Part shown: piece after piece, positions 35,271 to 43,876 of the stretch | Numbering within the stretch: position 1 is the stretch's first letter | Layout of the letters: each line of letters opens with the position of its first letter | NCBI RefSeq assembly: GCF_004010195.1 | Contig: NC_057718.1 | Span: 47,473,340 to 47,517,215 of the forward strand | Reading direction: 5' to 3' | From: Chiloscyllium plagiosum | Taxonomy: Eukaryota | Length of the DNA: 43,876 nucleotides | Position numbers and translations under genes: made by a program | The notes under the pieces: model-generated | What the model was told of the DNA's origin: nothing | What the model saw: only the letters and a program-made list of their open reading frames with translations | Databases searched by the model: none

Positions 35271-35779
35271 CAATAATTCCATGACAACCAATGTGAAAGC
35301 CATAGGTTAATTGGGTCTTGGTCATCAGAAAAAAAAAAAGAGTAAAAATCTATACCTTTTAAGCTGAAATACTTTACATCATGAAATCCCTGTATCAGTA
35401 AATTACATAACCTTTAAAATAAAGCAAATTTTAAAAATTGCCAACCGCTTTCAGCTTAAGACCAATCTTTCTGACTTATTGTCTCTTCCACTCCTTAACC
35501 CTCCTGCTCACTAGACATCCTGCTACCTGAGCCTCCCCCTCACTGAAATCCCTGCTTTCCACCCTCACCTTTGTCACTTCTTTCTCCTGGGCCCTTGCCA
35601 AAAATGATGACATTGGGGACAGGCAATGAGGAGCAGGAAGAGCAGCTTCAATCTACACAAGGTGAACTGCAAGCTGGAGGGGTACTGAGAGGGTCAAAAT
35701 GCAAAAATAAATGTCTGTGAGCTGGAGGATTTGCAGCTTACATATCAATTAGCATCACTGTGGTGCATCCATGAAGCTG

Positions 35780-36190
35780 AAACAGCTACAGATGCAACCA
35801 CCTTCAATATTCACTTGCTCCATCATTGTACATACTGCTACTACTGTTGATCAAAGTACACTGCAGTAACTCACCAAAGCTCTTTCAACAGCACCTTCCA
35901 AACTTGTGCCCTCTACCACTTGGATAGATAAAGGCAGTAGATACAAATGAACACCATCATCTGCCAAGTTCCATTCCAAGAAGTACACTATCCTGACATG
36001 GAACTGTATCAATGCCCCTTCACATTCACAGAGTCAAATACTGGAACTCTAACAGTGATGTAGCTTCACTCAAAAGGTATGCAACAGTTCAAGAAGGCAG
36101 TTCATCACCACCTATTCTCAGGCAAATAGGAATTGGAATTAAAATGCTGGCATAGCCAGCAATACCCACATTCCATGAAGAAATATTAAA
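35780..36190 (+). mobile_element. LINE 3' fragment paralogous to 9895-10387
   Basis: cactgcagtaactcaccaaag..cagcaccttcca..cagttcaagaaggcag..cccacattccatgaa. Confidence 0.7.
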
Positions 36191-36199
36191 AGATTAGGA

Positions 36200-37045
36200 A
36201 AAGATTGTCAGGCAAAATCAAAATGGAACAATGGGCTGTCTTAAACAATAAATGGCTGAACCAACATTTTCAGACAACGCAAGGTTTGTAATATGAATTG
36301 TCATGAGGAATAGTGACAGACTTCAAACTGGCATAGACAGGCTGGGGGAAATGGGCAAAGATAATAACAAATGAGATTTTGTAGGAAGAACAAGCAGAGG
36401 CAATGTAAATTCAATAACAACTCTAAAGGTTGTGAAGGAATCTGTATATATTCAGAAATCATTGAAGATGGCAGAGAAAGTTGAGAAACTGACTAAACAT
36501 GGCAGATTGGATCTTGGATTTATAAATAAGAGGCACAGATTACCAATACAAGGAAGTCAACACGAACATTTCTCAGACTTTAGCTAGATCATCATGTTCA
36601 GTTCTGGATTCTGTACCTTAAGGTCGATGTGAAGGACTGAGGTGGTACAGAAAAAATTTACGGGAATTGCTCCAGGGACGAGGGCCTTAAATCCTAATAA
36701 AAGACAAAGCTCAAGGATATTTGATTGAGGTACCGAAAAACAAAACTGAGGGATCTAGAGGAGACCGAGAGAAACTACTTCCATTGGAAAGATTGAGAAC
36801 CAGGGGCCATAAATAAAGAGTATTTGGCAAAGATACCAATTGCTAACATGAGGAAACTCTTATTTAGAGCAAGTGATTATGATCGAGAACACAGCCCTGA
36901 GACACTGTTGGAAACAGACTCGGTTATGGCTTTCAAATGAGAATACGATAAACACAGATAAGACGTGCAAGGGTGAAGGGAAGAATAGTAGGGAAGTGGA
37001 TGAGCCTAACTAACTGGCCTTTATGGTCTATTCTGTGCTGTAAAC
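36200..37045 (+). mobile_element. Highly degraded CR1-like LINE
   Basis: Residual similarity to RT/3' segments (ttttcagacaacgcaaag, gtacagaaaaaatttacg, gagaaccaggggccat). Confidence 0.55.
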
Positions 37046-37752
37046 AAACATTCTACATCAATGTCTATTAATTTTCTGTTTCAGCATCAGTGGTATTCTC
37101 TTCATCCATCCACTATTGGGTACCAAATATTTTAAGCATTGCTGCTTTGACAAACTGACAAGTGTTCACAAAATCCAAGGTGGGACTGATCGAGTCTAAA
37201 CAAGCAGGATTGTTGAAAGGCCTTCAACCGAGGAACAGTGAAAGCAAGAACAAGAGTCAAGAACTAGTTACTATAGATAGAGGGATTCCACAATTTGTTT
37301 TAGAGGTTTAGGAGTGATAATATTTCCTTGTTCTTTCCAAAAAGAGATTAAATGTTTCATGACATCAGATTCATTTGTAGGGGCAAATTTAAACTCCAAG
37401 TAATGGAATTTAATTCTAAGTGACTGCATTCACTTTTCAAACTTAGAGGCTTCAGAATCCGATTTGCTCCTTTTATGAAATTACAGCTCTTTAAGAACTG
37501 GATAACAACAACAAAAAAAGAAAATGTCTTAATACTTGCATTCAAAAATGACATTAAAAAAAATGACCTGATAAACTGCCTCCTTTACTCTGAGCCCCTA
37601 GCTGAACGTCTGAGGGGAAAGGTTCAGCATGAAGACATTTCAGGTTTGTCAAGGAATCTGCACTCTACCCTTGGTTTATCTCAGCATTTATGCATCATAG
37701 AGCCTAAAATTAGTCACACTACCCCAAATTTATTTTAAATACTTTCTGTTCA

Positions 37753-38217
<465 letters not shown>

Positions 38218-39527
38218 TTACAGTCAATCATTCGGATACAAAGCCAAGAGGATGGTGGATAAATGTGTAATATTCTGTGAACTAAAATACTCCGAAGATG
38301 GTAAAAATGATCAAAAATATGGCTAACTTTGGAACCCATAAAAGGAAGTTGGCATATGTTGAAGGAAGAAGTGTATTTGAGATGGAGAAAGTTAAGTGAT
38401 CCGAAGTTGGAAAGATTTAACATTTCAGGCTCATGCAACATTAAAATCAGTCTTAAAATGGTTAAGACCATAAAAAAACAAAATAAATATTGAAGAGAAT
38501 CTTAAGACAAGAGCTAGTGTAGACTAATGGGTAAATTGGGATTGCACATTTCCCTTTCTTTTGTTTCAGCATGCTTCCTGCAGATTCCCTGGAATGCTGT
38601 CTCAACATTCTCAAAAAAAGGTTTCCACTGAACTATTCTCCCAGAAGTTCAACTGGGGGCCGATGATAAATGAGGCAGTAAAACAAATGGTGACGAGGGG
38701 AAATCTATCAAAATGCAAGATTACATTTTACAATCTGGCTACTTCAGAGTTACTGAAACAATTCATGACATGTACAAGATGATGATTATTTTTGTTGGTG
38801 AACATTATTTAAATGTTATCCCTCCTTTGCACTATGCACTGGGCTTTGTGGATACATCATACTGCCATTAGAAAAAGCTCTTATTTTCAGTATATTAGAA
38901 AACATTTTACTGTAGACATCCAATCTGCCAGATTTATAGATACATATACATACAACCAGATTTCTGCACCTGAACACCTTCCACACAAGGGATGGAAATA
39001 TGGTACCAGCAAAATACAGGCCACCCAGTTTGCATTAAAATACAGAACAAAGATAAGAAATTGTAGTTAAAATCATGAAAAACAATGAGAAATACCAAGA
39101 GTATCCTGGCAAGCACAACAAAGACAAACGTAGCAACAGTATTTTGAAAGGACAGAAATGTTATGTGCAGCTGAGGAAAATGCGATCATGACCATTTAGA
39201 AGAACAGTAGGGAATCTGTTAATGTCAGTTGGAATGGGAACCAGATAAGTGGATGGTGCACAGATTACTGAAAGTGGTACTGAGAAAGCACGAGGTGGAT
39301 TTCATTGACAAGATGAGCTGAAAAAGATTGTGTGGAGACAGGACAGGAAGTTGAAAAGATGAAGCTGAAGGCCAAGGTGGGAGCCTTTAAGAAAACCTGG
39401 TTTGGTAGAACTGAGGAAGGAAAGTGTGCACCAGCTAACTAAATGGATTATCTCAAATTTTAGTGAGAAAATAAAACTCCATGAGGTCTTCACAATTACT
39501 GCAGTCAAGGAAACTTAGCAGTAGAGA

Positions 39528-39855
39528 CCATAGAATCCCTACTGTGTGGAAATAGGCCCTTTGGCCCAACAAGTCCACACCAAATCTCCGAAGAGTAATC
39601 CACCCAGACCCATTAACCCCTAACTAATGCACCTAACCTACAAATCCCTAAACACTATGGGAAATTTAGCATGACCAATCCACCTAACCTGCACATCTTT
39701 GGATTGTGGGAGGAAACCACAGCACCAGAAGGAAATCCACACAGACACGGGGAGAATGTCTGTATGAGTTTGCACAGTCGTCCAAGGTTGGAATCGAACC
39801 TGGGTCGCTGGTGCTGTGAGGCAGCAGTGCCATCCACTGAGCCACCATACCACCC
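39528..39855 (-). mobile_element. HE1-like SINE
   Basis: Minus-strand head ggtggtatggtggctcagtgg..ccaggttcgattcc; body shared with 5057-5366. Confidence 0.9.
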
Positions 39856-40374
39856 AAACATGGCTTTCCAGGATGGAGCAGTGCCAGCAGGAGAGTGCAA
39901 GGCCATAGTTCTTAGCATAGAGGCCACCAATCTGACAATAAATCTGTCATACCAGTTGAGAGTCAGATGCATTCTAGTCAGTGGAGCTTTAGGAAGAGAA
40001 GCTAGGGTCACTGCAGGCGAAAATTGCCACTGTGGGAGAAAGTACGAATTCTACTAGGCACAGGGACACGAAAAGCAGAGAGATGAAGTCGCAACATCTG
40101 CAGAGGTATTGTAACTACAAGCCTTTCATAAAGCAATTTCTTGAATGGATAAACCTGGGAGGAACACTATTCATGGTTAACTGTGTAGATCTTTACTTCA
40201 ATTTACTAGGCTGGTGAAACAAAAGCATCTAGTTTAATTGCTGTAGAAAATAAAATTGACAGTTAGAAATGTCTCAAGATGTTAATTAAAGAGCTGCGCT
40301 GAGACTCAGGATCTCTATCACACAACAATTTATGAGTCACTAGGAAACTTCGATCAAAGTTTTCTGTTGGCAAG

Positions 40375-41335
40375 TGTTATGGACCAGAACAAACACCCCC
40401 AAAACTTTATGAAAATAGCCTAGTCCCTAACTTTTTCTTACTTTAAAAAGCAAGTACCAGATGTTGTGTTCATTCTGGATGCAACTCAATTGGTTAAACT
40501 ATCAGTCTTGAAGCAAAACACTTTATTCATACAACAAAAGAACGGAGAAATTGGAATAACTTTATTCTATTGGAAAACTTAACATAATAATAGATTTAAC
40601 TACTAAACAGCAACTGTTCCAATATAGTAGCATTCCATAAACACATCCTTAGCAAAGGCAAACTTAAGAAAATAGATTGTCCGACAGGCAATGCTCTAGT
40701 ACAGGAGGACAATCTACAAGATGATTAGGGGGTTAGATAGGGTTGACAGTGTGAACCTTTTCCCGCGTATGGAGTCGGGTATTACAAGGGGGCATAGCTT
40801 TAAATTAAGGGGGGGTAGATATAGGACTGAAGTTAGGGGTAGGTTCTTCACTCAGCGAGTTGTAAGTTCATGGAATGCCCTGCCAGTAGCAGTGGTGGAC
40901 TCTCCCTCTTTATGGGCATTTAAGCGGGCATTGGATAGGTATATGGAGGATAGTGGGTTAGTATAGGTTAGGTGGGCTTGGATCGGCGCAACATCGAGGG
41001 CCAAAGGGCCTGTACTGCTCTGTATTGTTCTATGTTCTATGACACACATCAAAAGAAAACAGGAGCAAGAAGCAGGGTAAGATGTACCTAGGCTTCCAAA
41101 CTCAACCTCGAGACCCCAGTAACAACTGCTACTGAAAAACAAACCAAAAATTCTGGCTCTGGAGAAGCTTGACCTCACCCATTCATGCTGCTTCTATTGT
41201 TCTGAATTTAGAAAAAAAAGGCCGTATTGTTTACTTTATTGGATTCAAATGGACAGCTTTACATCTCTGCCTTAAAACATCTTGTCAAAAGAAAACAGGA
41301 TAAAATGCAACTCTCGCAGCCATAGCATCGTCACA
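40375..41335 (-). mobile_element. Solo LTR, family 2, interrupted by a LINE 3' end
   Basis: TGTTATGGAC start shared with the family-1 terminus; ends GTCACA; flanks CAAG/CAAT (3 of 4 match); minus-strand AATAAA near 40523. Confidence 0.72.
40712..41040 (+). mobile_element. CR1-like LINE 3' end inserted in an LTR
   Basis: YKMIRGLDRVDSVNLFP..TRGHSFKL..RFFTQRVVSSWNALP..FKRALD in an unbroken frame; (TTCTATG)n tail. Confidence 0.9.
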
Positions 41336-41379
41336 CAATCTGTAACTAAGGAGTACCATGGGATTTAGTGCTGCACTCT

Positions 41380-42810
41380 CAACTAGTTATCAATCTGCAT
41401 CAATGAATTGGATGAGGGGATCAAATGTATGGCAGTTAAGTTTGCTGATAACCAAGCTGGGTACAAAACTAAATTATCCAGAGGAGGTAGAGAGTTTGCA
41501 AACAAATATAGACAAATTATATGTGTGTCCGAAGAATTGGAAGGCAGGAGTATACCACAGGTAAATGTGAATTTGTCCATTTTGACAGGAACAATGGAAA
41601 AGCAGAATACTAGTTAAATAGAAACAGACAGTCTGAGAAACTTGGTGGTACAGAGGAATCTTACTGTCTTGGCTTATGAATCACATCTATACATGTAGCA
41701 AATGATAAGGAAAACAAATGGACTGCTGTCCTTAATCTCAGTGGTAACAAAAAAAAAAGTGAAGATGTTTTCCTGCAGCTGCATAGAATATTGAGGAGAT
41801 CACAATTGAATTACTGTGGACAGTTGATCTCCCTATTTGAAAGATATAACAACTTTAGAAGCAGTTCACAGAGGGTTCACTCTACTCATTTCTGGGATGA
41901 AGAGTTTATTTTATGAGCAGATTAGACTTATATTCGTTGGATCTTAGAAAATGGAGAGGTGATCTTATTGAAATACACAAGGTCTTCAAGGAACCTGATG
42001 AAGGTGGACAATGAGGAATTCTTGTGAAAACTAAAAATAAGAAACTAATTTTAAGAAGAAGGGTGTTCTGTGATTTTTAATTATAACTTGAAGTAGTTAA
42101 AACTCTCTTTGCTCAAAGTTTATTGAAAAGGAACAAGCGTTTGGAAAGGCCTTGGACATAAGGATGCCAGTTAGATGGAGATTAAACTAAGACAGAATAT
42201 ACTCAAAGTAAAAGTTCACTAATGATGAGAATCCAAAAGTCACTCAGGAAGGGCACTGCAAAAGTGCAACATATTTTTCTCATCACTGTTGACTCAGTTG
42301 TTCAAAACAGCAGAGATCTTGGAGATAATTTTATAAAATCTGTCAGTGGAAGCCCTGCTGACAACAATGTTTCTGGAAAATTCCAAAGTACAGACATTTA
42401 AGTGACTCTTGGAAAGGCACATGTAAGTTAGTACAAATGAAGGGTACGTAGGTTAGCCTGATCTTAGAGTAGGATTAAAGGCCAGCACAACATCAAGGGC
42501 CGATGGGCCTGTACTGTGCTGCACTGTTCTATGTTCAATGTAAGTGAACCTTTTAAGGCAAAAGTGAGGTAAATGTTTCTCCCTAAGCATTGCTAGGAGT
42601 GTGTGAAATTGTTTTCCCTAGAAAATAGTGGAGAACTGGGTTTTTAAACAGTTATTCAAAACAGAGTGAATTGAATTTTAGATAGACAAGGAAGTCAAGG
42701 ACCTCGGGAAAGTCGAGCTGAAACCACAGCCAGATCGTCCATAATCTTATTGAACACTGACCTAGATCAAAGGGCTAAATAGGTCATTCCTACTCCTAAG
42801 ATCTATTTCA
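41380..42810 (+). mobile_element. Degraded CR1-like LINE pieces
   Basis: INELDEGIKCMAVKFADN, LEAVHRGFT, GDLIE; an additional LINE tail at about 42400-42540. Confidence 0.65.
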
Positions 42811-43005
42811 CAAAAAAGAAAAGAAAAATGATAGACTATTTTATCAAAGTAAAGTATACTTTATTAAACCCATAATAACATGGGTAATTATAAACATTAG
42901 ATATAAAAAGTTACCTTTACAGCTCTACCATCAGCTAACAGTTTAACAAATGTCAGCACCCATATAGAACTAAGAGGAGGCCATGACGTATAAAATAATA
43001 TTTAC

Positions 43006-43066
43006 CTTTCCCTGAAGTCACATCAAACACGACTCCCTTAATTGCCATGTAGATGGGTTGACCTTT
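43006..43066 (-). CDS. NENF: Neudesin (NENF) internal coding exon (orthologous exon 2)
   Basis: Minus strand reads ttag|AAA GGT CAA CCC ATC TAC ATG GCA ATT AAG GGA GTC GTG TTT GAT GTG ACT TCA GGG AAA G|gtaaa = KGQPIYMAIKGVVFDVTSGK(E). This matches neudesin QPIYLAVKGVVFDVTSGKE. 61 bp with AG acceptor and GT donor; the phase joins the next exon (G+AA = Glu). Confidence 0.96.
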
Positions 43067-43611
43067 CTAAGGAGAGTAAAAGAAAGAATTTACACCATAT
43101 TAAACATTCCCCAAATGGATTATTCTTTAAAACTTATCACAGGACACTGGTAATAATGCATTGTTAGCAACTATTGTTCATCCATAGCAGTTTACTGCAT
43201 GGCAGAAACTTCTGGAATCAAAGTCAAGGTGGAGGGAGATGCACATTTCTGTTAGGAAAGGGGCTCAGTGATTCTGTGACAGAAGAAACAATCACAGTTC
43301 CAAATTAGGATGGTATTTGGGTTGGAGGGAGACTTGATGATGTTGTTCTACTATCTGCTGCCTGTGTCGTTCTAGGTGGTAGGGGTCATGAATTTGGGAG
43401 GTACTGTGAAGGAGCCTTGGCATGATTCTGCACTATATCTTGTGGATGGCATGCACTGCTGCCACTATGTGCCTTTGGTGAAGGGAGTGACTACTTAAGC
43501 TGATTTGGTACCAAATCGAGCAAACTGCAGTCTTGGTATCAAGCTGCTTGAATGCTGTGGCTTAGAGCATAGCCAATCAAGTGACAAGTATTCCATTGCT
43601 CTAACTTGTGC

Positions 43612-43876
43612 TTTTATGGAGGAGCATAAGTTGGGAAGATAGGCTGTCAGGGAAGGATGTCGTGGAAATGTGGAACTTTTTCAAGGAACAGATACGACGT
43701 GTCCTTGATATATATGTACCTGTCAGGCAGGAAAGAAATGGTCATGTGAGGGAACCTTGGTTGACGAGGGAGGTTGAATGTCTTGTAAAGAGGAAGAAGG
43801 AGGCTTACATAAGGTTGAGGAAACAGGGTTCAGACAGAGCAGTGGAGGGATACAGGATAGCCAGAAGGGACCTGAA
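43612..43876 (+). mobile_element. CR1-like LINE ORF2 mid-region fragment, runs off the window end
   Basis: ..EMWNFFKEQI..YVPVRQ..REPWLTREVECLVKRKKEAY..; this is the typical endonuclease-RT linker. Confidence 0.8.

Noticed and set aside
35295..35330. Minus-strand CTGATGA as a hammerhead core
   Set aside because: No hairpin followed by GAAA-NUH.
38220..39500. Possible L1/Tx1-like remnants in the NENF intron
   Set aside because: Purine-rich coding-like patches, but no motif clear enough to call.
41995..42030. CTGATGA as a hammerhead core
   Set aside because: No stem II or GAAA follows; it lies in degraded LINE sequence.
43067..43876. NENF exon 1 (signal peptide)
   Set aside because: No matching coding sequence on the minus strand; the region is intronic or TE-derived, so exon 1 lies outside the window.

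Overview
This is eukaryotic genomic DNA, inferred to be elasmobranch (shark-like) from its HE1-type SINEs and CR1-like LINEs. The only host gene recognised is neudesin (NENF), a cytochrome-b5-like MAPR protein on the minus strand. Three coding exons are present (43006-43066, 37957-38060, 29402-29578) with GT-AG junctions and a C-terminal KDEF-stop; exon 1 lies beyond the window end. Most of the rest is decayed, often nested transposable elements: CR1-like LINEs, tRNA-derived SINEs, at least two Penelope-like (PLE; RT + GIY-YIG) families, three solo LTRs with 4-bp target duplications, a Harbinger/HARBI1-like remnant and a hAT remnant. The most interesting signal is a set of minimal hammerhead-ribozyme motifs (CUGANGA-stem-GAAA-NUH) at PLE 3' ends. 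They also occur in small stand-alone insertions (about 110-190 bp) flanked by direct repeats, two of which are foldback (inverted-repeat) elements. Hammerheads in PLEs are a known phenomenon, so any novelty lies in these particular families and mini-elements and cannot be established without database searches. Most ORF-track entries are TE fragments or chance ORFs. TE boundaries are approximate unless a target-site duplication (TSD) is quoted.
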